DNA of 64,000 bases from Takakia lepidozioides (GCA_030704615.1 CM060731.1:38688001-38752000); one strand, 5' to 3'. Positions 13,106 through 26,823 are shown, counted from the first letter of the stretch. A program made the numbers and translations. Notes: generated from the sequence alone by a model not told the origin.

Positions 13106-13864
13106 CAAAAACTTAATTGTCCTCATGAGAAAAAGAATTCACTGCAGACAGTTTACAACTTGCGATACTACAGTGCCCGTTTTGCTTTAGTGAACTAAAA
13201 CACCAGGGAACCATGCTTGATCCCTTATCCACTTTTGTCAAGGATGGCCAGCTTCCAAATACATAGCATTCGTTGGGTCGCACTGTTTCTTATAAGCCAG
13301 CCTTGGGGTCGCTCCAACGTTGACATCAGCTATTAATGAAGGCAGCTAGAAAGATTGAGTTTGGGGGACCTCGCGCCGCTAACTGATAGAGACATAAAGA
13401 GGGCTAAAACGAACGATGAAATGAAAGAAAGAGCAAGGATGACACTAAGAAGAGATTGGAAGAAAATCTAATAATCTAACTGAAGGAACAAAGCTAGAAA
13501 TGAGAGATGAAGGATATAAGGAAAAAAAGAAGCTTTGACCTCAACTTCATTGCATGAGACATTAAAAGGAGAAATACAACGCAATCTGAAGGGTAATGAG
13601 TGGATTTGCATATCATTGGAAAGGTCCTAATCAGTACTTTAAGAGGTAGCCTACTGAAGGACTCGGGAAGCCACTGTCGACGATAGCCACTGGCGGAAAC
13701 TCTAGCGAGAGAGAGGAAGAGACCTCTGGAGCCTCTTTCCGCAAACCACGGAGCTCCATCGCACCTCCCAAGAGTCAATTTGGCAAGTCACAAAAGAAAA
13801 AGAAAATGGCAAGTTCAGTTTTCCATTATAAATACATAAATACATATTATTAAATAAAAAAGTG

Positions 13865-13915
13865 AGATAAAAGCTTCAACTGCCACCCAAGTGGTCTTGG
13901 TTCAAATCCTTGCTT
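13865..13915 (+). repeat. Degenerate tRNA-like or SINE-head fragment
   Basis: CTGCCAC anticodon-loop-like heptamer followed by B-box GGTTCAAATCC. Resembles the copy at 62385-62456. Confidence 0.35.
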
Positions 13916-14252
13916 GCCCATTGCACACAGTGGGATGCTGAAACTCCATGCAAACATCCCAAAATAACTCCTTGCGCTGAGACGCTCGTGTGAGAGGGAG
14001 GAGTGTGGAGCTGAAAGGTGCACAAGAAGAAGGATGCGTGTGAAGTCGGTGCTGCTTTGGAGCTGCATCGTTAATTGGGAGGAAAGCGGGAATGAGATGA
14101 GACTGGATGGTTCCCAGCAAGCGCATGGGCGGCGATGCCACCGTCCAAACTCTACACCCGCGCTTTCCTTGTTGCTTCCCGGCCGAAGCTCTTCCCACCA
14201 ATTTGGGAAAATCTCGTCTCCTCACTTAGGTAGGCTGAGTACTTACGGGTTT

Positions 14253-14319
14253 AAAGCCTACGATGCTTACGTGGTCCTTTAGGATGATCAGTCACACGGG
14301 GGCTGAAGACACGGCCCAG
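14253..14319 (+). other. Short degenerate bacterial/organellar-type SSU rRNA fragment
   Basis: AGGATGATCAGTCACACGGGGGCTGAAGACACGGCCCAG resembles the conserved 16S-type segment AGGATGATCAGCCACACTGGGACTGAGACACGGCCCAG, with weaker similarity about 30 nt upstream. Confidence 0.5.
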
Positions 14320-14564
14320 GATTTGTCTGGAAACATGGGAGCTGCTGGTTTTTTATTTTGGAGTTTGTAATTCGTAAGGAAAATGCGATATGACGGCGAA
14401 GATCTAGCGCAAGTACATTGGGCTTAGGCAGTGGAGTCATTTCCAGCGTCTGTCTTGGAAGACTACGTGGGCAGTGGTGCTGGAGTACCCATCCTCAGGT
14501 GAGGGAGAGGGAGAGCACAGCATTGTTGTACGATGATTTCGAACAACAATACCGCTCCTGTGAT

Positions 14565-14685
14565 TGGAAGAACTTCCAGATAGAGACATAAGGCAAATTT
14601 AATCACTGGGTTTTCGATTACAGGAAGAACTTCCAGATAGAGATAAGGCAAATTTAATCACTGGGTTTTCAATTACAGCAAGAAG
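14565..14685. repeat. Two-copy tandem duplication, unit about 56-58 bp
   Basis: GGAAGAACTTCCAGATAGAGA(CA)TAAGGCAAATTTAATCACTGGGTTTTC(G/A)ATTACA occurs twice head-to-tail. Confidence 0.9.
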
Positions 14686-15630
14686 GGGCATTTTTGGTTC
14701 ATAACCAAACGGGGAATTTATCCCTGTCAAATGTGACAGCGAGACTATTGTGATTCGTTGGGGGCTGCAGTACTTGCAGAACTAGTTCTCTGCTGGAGTA
14801 GCACCCTTAATCGAAATTCGAAATCGAGGTTATGCAGGGATGTGTATATAATAGACAATCAAGTCAAGCTACCTGGTTTTACAGTTGCATTCAAGAATTT
14901 TCGAAGGGATCAGAGGGCTGCATTCTGAAGAAGGTTTGATTTCTGTTTCGAGCAGAGGGCTAGACTAACAAGGAGCAGCAGCATTAGATGTCAGTCCATT
15001 ATGGTATAGCAATCTCAGACAACCAAGCAGTTTTCATCTTGAGGACTGCTCTCTACTGTACCTGCATCTTGTGTACGAGGAAGCGGATAGCTGCAATCGT
15101 TTTTCCATGATTATTGTCTAAAAAAATTGGCATGAGATACATTGCATTTTCTTGGATTAAGGCCGTTCTTCTCTGTTTCCGAAGCCCAATCGGCCATCTT
15201 TTTGCCTGCACGCTTCAATTGCTATCAATGTTGGTGCTTTGTTCTATATAAGGACTGGTGTTTAGGCAACAGCACTACTAACTATTACTGTAATATTTGT
15301 CAAAGGTATCTTCACAGGCAGCCATGTCTTCCAGTAGGTGAATACTTTTGCCCTTATTTGGTTTGCAGAGGCACTGAGTGGACACCAGTTAGTCCGTTTT
15401 GAGTTAGAAAGAGGGGGTATTACACAATCTGGTGTTTGGGTGTGGTTGTACTCTGGTTTTTGAGCTAAATGAGACATGCTTCAATCTTACCCTGGTGCTA
15501 CTTATATGACTTGTCTCCAGGTTTAATACAGGGATTGTGCCAGATGATGTCAAGAAGAAGATACAGGGGTTAATCCTGAAACAGTTTCCACTGAAGGAGG
15601 ACAGAATTTGAAAAGTGTAGACCTGGTATC

Positions 15631-18600
15631 ATGACAGTCCCCACATTTGAGAAGTTCTACTCGGAATGGGTAGAAGAAGGGAGAACCCTTGTGCATTCTC
15701 TTCGAAAGATGCTTGAGACTATACCGACTGACATTCGTCTGTCAAGTCTTGTGCAATGTTGCTACTACCACTACACAAAGTTTGTAGATGCCAAGATACA
15801 AGCAGGACAGGAGGATGCTTATTACGTAGCTGCGGGTATGGGGGAAAGCCCACTTGAAGCAGGGTTTATGTGGATGGGTGGGTGGCGTCCCACCGCTGCC
15901 TTTGTGCTGGTCTATTCACTTATGGGGTTGCAGATAGAAAATGATGTGCATAAGCTTATGGAAGGCATTCATGTCCCGTCCATGGCAGCTCTCTCAGCAA
16001 AGCAGCTCTCCAGGTCAGTGGCTTTCTGTGAAGTGGAGCAGTCTAAGATATCCATAAGTATGTGAATGACCTCTTTTGACATTGAGTGCTCTCACATTAC
16101 TTTGGATTTACTGGAAGCTGGCCATCTTATACCTCAATGTTGTTGACCTTGTGTAAACATTTTCCTCTAGAAACAAAGACTTCTTCCAACTATTGGGTCG
16201 AAGCAGCTCAAGAACAGGTTGGTAAGGACAGGGCCGTGTGGACTAAGGCAGAAACACCCTTGGCAGTGGCAGGGATGAGATGTGACAAGCTGATAAGTTT
16301 TGATGGTGGACCTAGATGGTGCAAGTTCATCTGATCACCTGAAGCCGTTAACGTCATTCTTTGTTTTCCAGATTGAATTCCCTGCAGCAGCTGACACAAC
16401 TTGCAGAGGATGGCCTTTCAAAGCGACTGGCTCTCTTGCAGGTTTTCCCCTCTTTGTCATCCCATTGTTCTGTTAAGTGTCATTGGAGGTTGAGGTTTAA
16501 CAATTTGAAATAATTTGTCCCTTACCATGCACTTGAAGCATACAACTTTGAGTCCATCAAAAACTTGTGAGGGGACCTGCATTGCATTGGCTGTTGCTGG
16601 TTATGACCTCCCTGACCTTTGACTGAGGATGGGGATACCTGCTTATTGGCTGTTTCTCTGATCAATGTATGTTTTTATGGAGACCATATCGTCTTCATGC
16701 TGTGGTGAACCCAACAAATGTAAACATACTATTCTCCTGGTCACCACAAATTTCTCGTGTCTATTTGTAGCTGAGGAGACAGCAGACAGCGTGTTATAGA
16801 AGGATTTTGTAAAGTGTGGAGTTCTGCGATGGATGCAGATGCTGGTGGCTGATCAGGAGATGGCGCGAGCAACCACAGCAGAGCCTCCCCCAAGTGAGTC
16901 CTTTGACTTATCAGAGCTAAGGGAAGCCATGGAACCCAAGCTAGCGGGCCTACGGGACCTCTTAGTGGAGGCAGAAGTTGTGAGACTTCATACCCTCCGT
17001 GAAATCCTTACATTGTTGACACCGGTCCAGGCTGCACAGTATACTGTGGCTGCATTTGAGATGGCAAGTGCTCTCCACAAGTTGGGGAAGAGTGATAGCG
17101 ATGCACACTCTGGGAGCCTCTACTCATCGCCTTTGGGGCAAGGAGTGGTGAACATAAGGGAGACTGCGTCACAGGGCAAGGTTGGGCAGCTTCAGGAGGT
17201 TTTGAAAATGGGGGTGGACCCTTCGGAACCTGACTATGACAGTCGGACCCCTTTGGTATGTACATATATGTTCCAACAGGATGCAAGAGAGGCCTTTTTG
17301 CAGATTGGTTGGTCAAGAAAGCCATTGAACTCAAGAATGTCGTCCATGTGTTGGTCTCTCTGGATAGGCAAATCAGAGGTATATAACCCTCTGAAACTGT
17401 TGGTCAAATTGTTCTTGGTTGACTCCAAACTTAAAGGTCGGAAGGTGTTTTGATATTGGTCTTTTGATTACAGCAATCAACTGTAGCTAAGCTCTTGTTG
17501 ATGTGAATGGACAGCATGTGGCAGCATCCAGGGGGCATACCGAATGTGTGGCTTTGCTGGTGAAGGAGGGTGCAAAAGTCAATCAGAAAGGTGAGTCCCT
17601 TTTTGCTCACAGGAGGTAAAGTTCCCAACTGTGATGAATCATTCTCTTTAAACACACAAGTGGGGCAGATATCGGAACATCAGGAAATTTCTTCATTGGA
17701 GCCTTGGCTTTGATGAGAGCATAAAAATCATGTGAAGAGTTGTCTTGTATCCATCAATGGTGAAGCCTTCTCGATTTCAGCCATCTCTAGCGAAACAAGA
17801 CAGGTGTTCCAGATTTCGTCAGGCCAACTTATAAGATCAGGGAGGGGGCACTTTCCTCCCTCCCCCCTTCTTTGTGTGTCACTGTTAACCTTCTCTTCGT
17901 AAAATGTGGGATGATGGTATGCGCAGATGACTTCGGCCTGACACCACTTTTGGAAGCTTTGAAAGGAGGCCATGATGCCGTGGCTCAGATTCTCATTAAC
18001 AGTGGTGCCATACCTCACTTGCAGGTATAGTCTGGGTTTGTGAATAAGTGGGATTCTTAAGCAAATTCTATCTTAGAGAGAAGCCCTGTTGTAAAATGTC
18101 GGTGCAGCATTCTGGCTTTCTATGAATACCTCTTGGTGAGGGACACATTAGGCTCCTCTCAGATAGAGTTCAATTGTCCAGAGACTATTTCATGGAACTT
18201 GCTGTCCCCTGAAAGAGGGAACACAAGTGGATCTTCCCTGCTGAGTGTTGAGACAAGCCTAAATTGCAAGGTCGCTATAATGAAATAGGAGCATCCGGGA
18301 AATGGCCTAGTGGTTAGGCACAAACAGCCTTACAAAGTGGTCATGGATAAAAGCCACATACATATGTATGATGTCCAGACGGCACAGGCCCATTATAGCC
18401 AACCCAACGTTAAAAAGGGGTCCCGCGTTAACTGGTTACTTAATGCATACTTGGGGACTTCTGAGTGGATGTTTGGGCAACGGCGTTGTCCCCATTACTG
18501 TCGTGAGAAGGTGTCCACCTTCCTAGTAGAAGATATAATAGCCCTTCGGGGTGAAGTCACAACATAAGTTACTCCTGCTGTGACAAGAGTCTCCTCTCTA

Positions 18601-19663
18601 ATGAAATAGGTGGTCAACCAATGCTCATTTGTGCAATATTGCATTTCAACAAGATGTCATCATTTATGGGCTACCCAAAGCACTTCATTTGCATTATTTC
18701 TAGTTAGCTGCACCTTGCCTCTAACGTTACATGTCCCTGGCTTTTATCTGTCTCACTCTAGGAGGCAGGCACTGAGATTTGTAAAGCTGCAGCAAGTGGG
18801 GACATGGGGTATGTGAAAAGGCTGGTGAGGCATGGAGTAGATCCTAATGTGGTGGACTATTCGTATCGCACTCCGTTACATGTAGTTGCAGCGAAGGGAG
18901 CTGCTGAAGATGCTGAGTTTTTGGTGCATGTGGGTGCAGATGTTCTTGCCAGGGACAGGTTTGTACTTCCTTTCCTTTCTATTGGGAACAAGGACCATTA
19001 CAAAATCCAGTGCACCAGTGATGCACGGAATAAACTACATCCATTTGTTCCTACTTGATAGTATGACCCAGCCCTGCTGCTGTTAACTCTCAAAATAAAC
19101 AGCAATGTGCAGACAAAGCATGCAGCCAAAGCATGTTTAGCACTACGGTTTTCTCTAACACATTTGGCTGGAAATGTGGGAGCTTCCAACATTCAGGAAG
19201 CTCACTTAGTAAAGTCAAGTGAACCCTTTGTTTTGCTGAACTCTTTCATTCAACTCCCAGAATGGGAGTTGTGAAGTACTCATGAGTACCAAAGGTGTTT
19301 GAGCTTGCTCATCACCACCTTAGAATGTCAGGTGACATTTACCAAATAACACTTTAGCAGCAAACCTTTGATGAACTCCGTTTCATTTATCTGCCAAATA
19401 TCTGCCAAATACTCTACATGATTATACTTTTGGCTTCTACAGGCTCTTTCTACAGACTCAGATGATTGTGTTTATGCAGGCATGGTTATACACCATTGGA
19501 TGACGCGAGGCAATCGGACAATGAAGCCACTCTCAAAGTTCTGGAGGATGAAGTTGCGCGACGCCAGCTTGTGTTAGATCAGTCTTCTGGATCATTTGAG
19601 GATCAAGGAGATTCAATGGAGGGTAGTGTAACTTCTCGACTGGTCGCAAATGCACAGGACTAA
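15631..19663 (+). CDS. DOG1-domain protein with C-terminal ankyrin repeats
   Basis: Exons 15631..16013, 16372..16441, 16839..17255, 17515..17590, 17927..18024, 18762..18958 and 19480..19663, all GT-AG and in frame. DOG1 motifs (SPLEAGFMWMGGWRP; EAEVVRLHTLREILTLLTPVQAAQY) are followed by ankyrin motifs (DYDSRTPLHVAASRG, DDFGLTPLLEA, DYSYRTPLHVVAAKG, DRHGYTPLDDA). Confidence 0.9.
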
Positions 19664-20515
19664 TTCTAAGTTCGTGTTGTGTAGAGCTTAGAAATGTATG
19701 CAAGTAGTTTGCTAGACAGGGCTGTATCTTACCTAACATACATTTGTAGTTGCACACGCCGTAATTAGTCCACAAGTGGGCTTTGCTGTTTCACCCTACT
19801 AATCAGGTACAATCTGATATCTGTATGATGGGGAGGAACATCAAAACTACATTGTTAGATCTTGGGTTGAGACAACAAATACTATTAGAGGACATTCCAA
19901 AGTAGCACATCTCATCAGTATTAGTGGCTTGCACTCTATACACACTTTTCTACTTGAAATCGAGAAATAAAAAATTACATGCATTGGGTGAGGTTATTTC
20001 TGCTAGCATGGAAGTAAGTCAAAACACCATTCTGCTCTAGTTCCCTTGCAGTAGAAATTTCTTTGGCCAGTAGCACGGTCATAGACCAAATATGTGGACT
20101 GTAGGCTTGGACTTGCTCAGTGTTTTAGTGATTTGCCATAACCAGTGTTGCAAAAACCCAAATTTATGTTAGATCTGATGTTGAAACTCTAGTCTGCAGT
20201 ATCCAAGCATAATATTCACAGAACTTTTCCCCTTTCTGTCGACTTGAAGTCGCAAGTCATGCCAATAATGTAGCAACATTCCACTCCATAGTTACATATT
20301 GACCCAATATAATTAAATCTACCATGGGGGACAGTAAAACCAACCTACCCCTACAGCACAAACCATGTCATTTGTGACATTATAATGTGGATGCCAAAAT
20401 GCATGATGACACATCATGACCAAATTTGGTAATTTCCTTTCCAAAATTCTTTCATGATCCATGTCTCAAGCCAGAATGTCCATACAAAAGTTTCAAGTAA
20501 CACAAGTGAAGGGGG

Positions 20516-23500
20516 TTATGAGCTACAAGTCCTTCTTTCTACATCAAAAGAGTCCTTCTCAGGGGGTACAATATGGCCAATTGCTGACAGCAACTGCTTG
20601 ATGTCAAAAGGCTTGCCCAAGTACCCATCCATACCATGCGAGAGGCATCTGTCCTGGTAACCTTGAATAGCATGAGCTGTAAGACCTATGATTGGAAGCC
20701 TGCTCCATCCATGCACCATCTCTTCCTCCCTTATATATTCAGTCGCTTTCAATCCATCCAAGTTTGGCATCTGCCATCCCACCCAGGAACAATGATATTT
20801 TCATCTGTTACTCTTAGTTGTATCTTGCCATTTCTCTGTCGGGGGACTGCATGCATCCAAGTTCTACACAATGGCAAGGTCCTACATGAAAACCTTACTG
20901 CTGCCAGTTAGAATGTAACAAATGCTTCAGACAAGAGACTTTACATTACTGAGAAGCTAACAAGGCAAAGGCAATTACAAGTTGTGTACTCAGTTCCGCC
21001 AAATCCAGTAATCCACCATCTGTTCTCTGCCTGAAGACCAAAAGAAAGAGAAGCTAGAGAAGCAAGAGAAGCAAGAGTCTCATACCTGAACATCCATGAG
21101 CACAAGGTCAAAGCAATCGTGCTGTGCACAAACAGTGTCAAATGCCTGCTGCCCATCACTCACAATTGTGACCGAATGTCCCTGTCTCTCCAACTGAAGG
21201 CTTGTGACCTTCTGATTGATGGCATTATCTTCGGCCAGAAGTATCTTTAACCTACACCCCTCTGCTGATCTCCTAGCTGAATGGATAGTACCTGGGGATA
21301 TGCTGCTATCTATATTCTCTCCACCAATGGGCTGCTCTAGTTGTGTGGACTGCACTTTGGATGACTTTGGAGCCATCACAACACTTGAGTTCACGGGTTT
21401 TGGGGCCTGTTGGACACTAGTTAGACCCAGCATAGGCACAATTATATTACTTCTTTCACTTTCTGCTCCACTCCAGCTAACAGTATGGTCACTCTGAACC
21501 AAACCACCTTTGGACTCCATGGACTGTGTATAATCTCCAGTTTGCCCAGAGTTTGCTAACTCTGCAAGTCCTCCTGTAAGACTGCCTGCTTGAGTAGAAG
21601 CTAACATGGCATGGTGCAACTCAACAGGTTTTGAAGAGTCCCCAGAGAGCTCTTCTCCATTTGACAAGCTTTCAGATCCAGATTTGACACCTTCAGTGCT
21701 TCCGCCGAGGGCAAGAATTGGTGGCTCATGGCTAATGCTGGATTCTCCATTTTGTTGCATGTGGACGACATCCTCTGTGGGACGGTGGATAGTATCAATC
21801 TGCTTGTCAGGCACAGTTGCCTCACCATCATGCTGATTCAATGCTTGCTGAGGACCAGTATCGTAGATGGCTTGCTTTCGGCATGCTTCTCTAACTGATG
21901 CACACAAACCCACTTGCTGCCTCAGAGGCCAAGTCACCCTGTCAAACCCTAAACCTAATAATCCTTGAGCAGCTTTGAGGTTTAATGATGCTGCACCCCC
22001 CTACATGATAAAAAATCATTCATAAATGTTGCCATGTCCCCGGGGCCTACGTCCTTCTCTGTTTTCCGGCCTTTTGAGAGAGAATCTGAAGTGTCATTGG
22101 GCCTATTTTTGCAAATGGCAGTTTAGCCTTGCACTCAGCCTTAGACACCTCGACTCCACCCAGGCATTTATTGATGCAAATGTGAAAAAAAAGGTCTCCC
22201 ATCAGGCTGCCTGATGGAGGGCGACGGTTACCTGCATAGGAAAACATGGTGGAAAATACACCAATCTTCAAATTAAATACCACCCTTCTCATTATAGAAA
22301 GAGGCTTACTGAAAGAGGTGTGTAGTGGTACCATGTGGTCAAAGCGAGAGCCTTACCACAAAAGCTACTGGTGTCAAGAAGTATGTGTCTCCATCTCTAC
22401 TCTTTGGAAGCCTGTGGCTGGGTCTATGGCCACAAGGCTACAGTCGTCTCATGAGTACATTCTAAAACCAAAACAGGTGGAGTGGTACCATGTGGTCTAC
22501 GCCATATCTTTACCACAAAAGCTAATGATCTCCAGAAGATTGTAGAAGCCATTACCTTTTCTATTTTGATAAGCTGCATATTACAGTTCTACTGATCATA
22601 CTGTACTACAGGTTGGAGTTCCTCCATAGGGCCAAACCTTTATTTGCCGAAAGTGTTCTATCCAAGGGCTTGTCCTTGGTGTCAGTAAGGAGAAATGGAA
22701 GGCGAAAACGGAAGTTACTCCCCTTGCCCTCCTCGCTCTCTACCCAAATTGTGCCTCCCAACAGCTTCACAAACCTGCAAAGTATACAAGTTGTTTGCAT
22801 TACTTAGCAGCTGAAGTACTATGAAGAGAGTCATCAGAATAACCTGCTTCTGCAAGATTCTAAGGATCCAAGTACTCCTGCTGCTCCAGAAGTAGAGAAC
22901 CCTTGGGGAGCTGGGCACCCTCTCCTCCTATTTGTACTCTGTTTCAATGCCATGAATTGGCGTTTTTCTCTCCAAAAAAAGAAAAGGACGGGACATACAG
23001 TAGTTCAGAAGCATCGTACCTATGCACAATACAGAGACCAAGGCCTGTGCCCCCATAGAGCCGTGATATGGATGCATCAGCTTGTGTAAAAGGTTTAAAC
23101 ATGTCTTGCAGTTTCTCCTTGCTTATTCCGATACCTGTGTCTTGCACTTCAAACTCAAGTTTTAAGCTCTCTGGCTGTTGAGGCGTGTCTGGAGTCTCTG
23201 GCAACATAATTCCAGCCACTGCTGCCACATCTTGGCTGCAAGGTTCTGAGTCAAAACATTTGTAACAGTTGAGAACGAACATTCACTCAAGTCCAACACA
23301 CTCTACTCTAACAATATAGTTTAATCCTCAGCTTCATTAAGGTCCAGAGTTTTCCTGTTAGTAAGTAACAATGATATTAGTATTGTCCATGGGTGCAATA
23401 AAAATGACATACTATTCCTCACTCCACTACGGCCCGCATGCAATATAGCAAATATATAGACAAAGATGCCCTACCATTTTCAGAGCTGAGCCCTCCGTCA

Positions 23501-26500
23501 GTCGATGTTGCAGTTGTTTTTGGTAGGGAAGCCTGAGCAACGGTCACACGCACCGTCACTGACCCCTGAGGAGTGAACTTCAACGCATTGCCCACTGCAA
23601 TCATGCCCCTCAATCACGGCAACATAGACCATCAAAGGTGCCCTAGGTCTGAAGTTCTGCAAGCAGGAGGGAGGGAAGTTCTGACATACTGGGAGGGGAG
23701 GGGTGGTGGGTGGGTGGGGTAGTCTGGGTGAGGTATAGCAAAAAAGAGATGGAGTAGAGAGTGCAAAAGGATGAGGGGAAATCTGACCAAGGTTTAGAAG
23801 GCATTGCTGGAGCTTCCCCACGTCACCAACCAGCAGTTGTGGTACACCTCTGTCTACCTCCCAAAGCAACTGCAGGCCCCGCTCTTGAGCCCGTGCCTGC
23901 AGCATGCGCAAAGTGCTTGACACCATTTTACGAATTCCGAAAGGCACTCTCTCAACCTCCAGACGCCCAGCCTCAATCTTTGAGAGGTCCAATACGCTGT
24001 TGATTATATGCAGCAACAAGTCGGCACACTCTTTCACAGACACAAGGCTTTCCCTCTGATCCGCTGAGACTTCAGACTCCAGCAGCAGTGCAGTCAGCCC
24101 AAGTATCCCATGTATTGGTGTCCTGCACATGTGACACAGTTTATTAGCGAAGAAATAGAACAGCCATGAAGGGGAAATGTGCAGAAGTGAATCAGGGGGA
24201 TCATTCTGAGGACTTCTATATCCACAGTTTATCCTACTAAAAAAGTTAAAATTTGGCACTGGCAGTGGACCAATTTCATCCTTATCTGTCCGTGTTGTTC
24301 CCTCCTCTGCTACCTTCAACGTGACTGGCTGTAGCTGTGACAAGATGATTTTATTTTGTCTGCATTTTAATCAAAGGGTCACCTGATCTCATGGCTCATG
24401 TTTGCCAGGAAGTCAGATTTGGCGAGGCTGGCTTGCTCTGCCTTTTTTTGAGAAATCTGCAAATCCTCATTTGCCTTCAGGAGCTCTTCTGTCCTTTGGT
24501 TGACCTTGAACTCCAACTGAAGGTTCATTTGGTGGAGTTTCCTGGTGAGCTGCTTATTTTCTTTCACTGCTGCTGCCAGGGTGATGCCCACCACACCCAT
24601 GATGGAAACAAACAGCTCTACCTGGAAGGTTGCTACAGGCAAGTGGTTTAGAAACCATATATTGCTCACAATGACTACATAGGCATTTGGAGGACACTCT
24701 CACAATGTTAACAGCACACAAAAAATCAAATACACGATGTCAGTGAAAGAACATTAAACAGACGACACTTTTAACTACATCTGCAAAATGAAAAAGGGAA
24801 ACTTCCTGACGTCCAGAACAGGAGTCTACTTCATATTTGCAGGGATGGTCATGTCCCAAGCTCCCCCACAATTGCGAACAAAGAATGGATGCAGTCCTAC
24901 AGCAATGTCCCCACCAGGTACAGCCATGATAGTAGATAGTGCTCCAGAGTGGTCCTTCAGACGTTCTGGCTCGGCCATGAGTGATACTACAGCTCAGTAC
25001 CCATACCCAGAGGCCCTTCAGAACTGCTGAGATTGAGGTGAATCACTAGCTTTATCACCACATTTAGTATTCCAGAAAGTATTTGGCCACATGTGTCAGG
25101 ATTCTCAGGCATCACTATCTCAGCCTCCAAAGATTGGACGTTGAGAGGCCCAGGCAGCAGGATACCCCTGGAAGACCCACACGTACAATCTTCCAGAAAT
25201 GACACAACCACACAGTAATTGAAACTCGACCAGCCCACGTAGAAAGCAACATCAACTATACTTAAATTAACTACGAGGATAGACTACAACCAAGATCACA
25301 GAGGTGTCTGCTGGCCTGGTTGACCTAGCCTTCTACCCAGCCAAAAGAGAGCTATGGCAAATGCAAAGCTTCAGACACCATCAGAAAGTCCAATTTCTCC
25401 GGTTCATAAGCTTGGAAAAAGGTGCTTTCTCTCTGGGCTACATCAAAACCTGTTATTTGTCCTGTCTGATGTTTACACCTCTGGAGCAGATTCATGCTTC
25501 CATCCTGTTGTTCAAGGAGCATGTGGCATTGACCAGCCAAACTTCTTCCCAGCTTAATCAGCAGCTAGAAAGGATTTGTCTTTAAATTCCACACAGTACG
25601 CTCTTGTAATTACTCTCTATCAGGGTACTTTTGGCCAGTCAGGGTCCATGGTGATCATCAGTGATTGTGCCAGGGTACATCCAATTCCAGCTTTCCTTAC
25701 CAGACAACTGTACCAGCAATTTGTGAAGTACGATGAGCTCTTGTTGGAGTAACCATCACCTGAAGACAACTGTACCAGTAAATTGTGAAGTATGATGAGC
25801 TCTTGTTGGAATAATCATCACCTGAAGAATGAGCTCAGAAGATAGCACCGGAGGATGTCCTGCCATGGTATAGATTGCGCCCCGGGAACGAACGCTAGCC
25901 CAAGCACAGGCGAAGGAGATCGCAGCGACATGCAGTGCCCAGCCCACCCGGTTGAAACGGAAAGACATGAAGATAATAAGTGGATAGAAGAGATATGGAA
26001 GTTGGCGTATGAATGTTTGGATAGTGACGAGGAAGATAAGCATCAGCAGTCCTATAGTGACGGCCGCAACCATCAGGCACTCCACAACCTTCCGTGGTCG
26101 GAGGAGAGTAGGATTGAGTTCCCAAGCAAAAAGATGAGTGACAGCAGGAGAGATAGTGATCAGGGCGGCAAGTACACCCAACCACCAGGAAGCCCAGAAG
26201 CGCCAGTAACCCGACCAGGACACCAAAGGCGTGGTCACAATCAGCGTAGCAATGAGTGTATCGAAGACGAGGGAGCACAGTACCACAACAATGATGTACC
26301 AGACCGCCTCTGGAATTGTATCTATTGTTGGCACCTGCTTTCGTCCCCCATGGCAAAGAAATTTTCGCAAGTAATATCCACCTGTATGGCCCTCAAACAG
26401 TCCAAGTAGGGCGGCCAGAAAGAGAACCGTGATGTTCAGAGCATTACACCCAGAACCATCCCGCCACACCGTGTAGAGCCGTGAGAGATAGAGGCCCAGG

Positions 26501-26823
26501 AGATTTCCGGGAACGATAGACTCCTTCCATACGGATGCCAGTGATAGACTAAATGCGTGGGGAAGATAGATTGGATAGATGATTGTCTTATTAAGGCGAC
26601 TTCGCAGCGAGGGCACGGAGCTTTCATAGGTGATGATCCCACTTACCACTACGAAAAACAACGTGAACAAATTCCGCCTAAGCAAAGTAGAGAAGTCGGA
26701 AGCAGTTTGAGGTCGCGTAGTCCAAATATGAAGTGGCAATCGTTTTATAACCTGGATCAACGTTAAGATGAAATTGCTGCGAGAGGTGGAAGGTGGAGAA
26801 TCGGCTATATTGTCGAGTTTCAT
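20516..26823 (-). CDS. Hybrid sensor histidine kinase with multi-TM MASE1-like sensor, HisKA, HATPase_c and receiver domain
   Basis: Exons about 26823..25822, 24621..24383, 24122..23788, 23594..23475, 23245..23020, 22774..~22610, 21938..21086 and 20770..20516; linker splicing around 22050-22650 is uncertain. H-box [13 protein letters not shown]-box [13 protein letters not shown]1 VQDTGIG, G2 GGTGLGL, receiver [10 protein letters not shown] / LMDVQMP / KPF. Confidence 0.92.
25701..25826. repeat. 62-bp tandem duplication spanning the exon-1 donor site of the histidine kinase
   Basis: AGACAACTGTACCAG...GATGAGCTCTTGTTGGA...ATCACCTGA is present twice. Confidence 0.85.
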
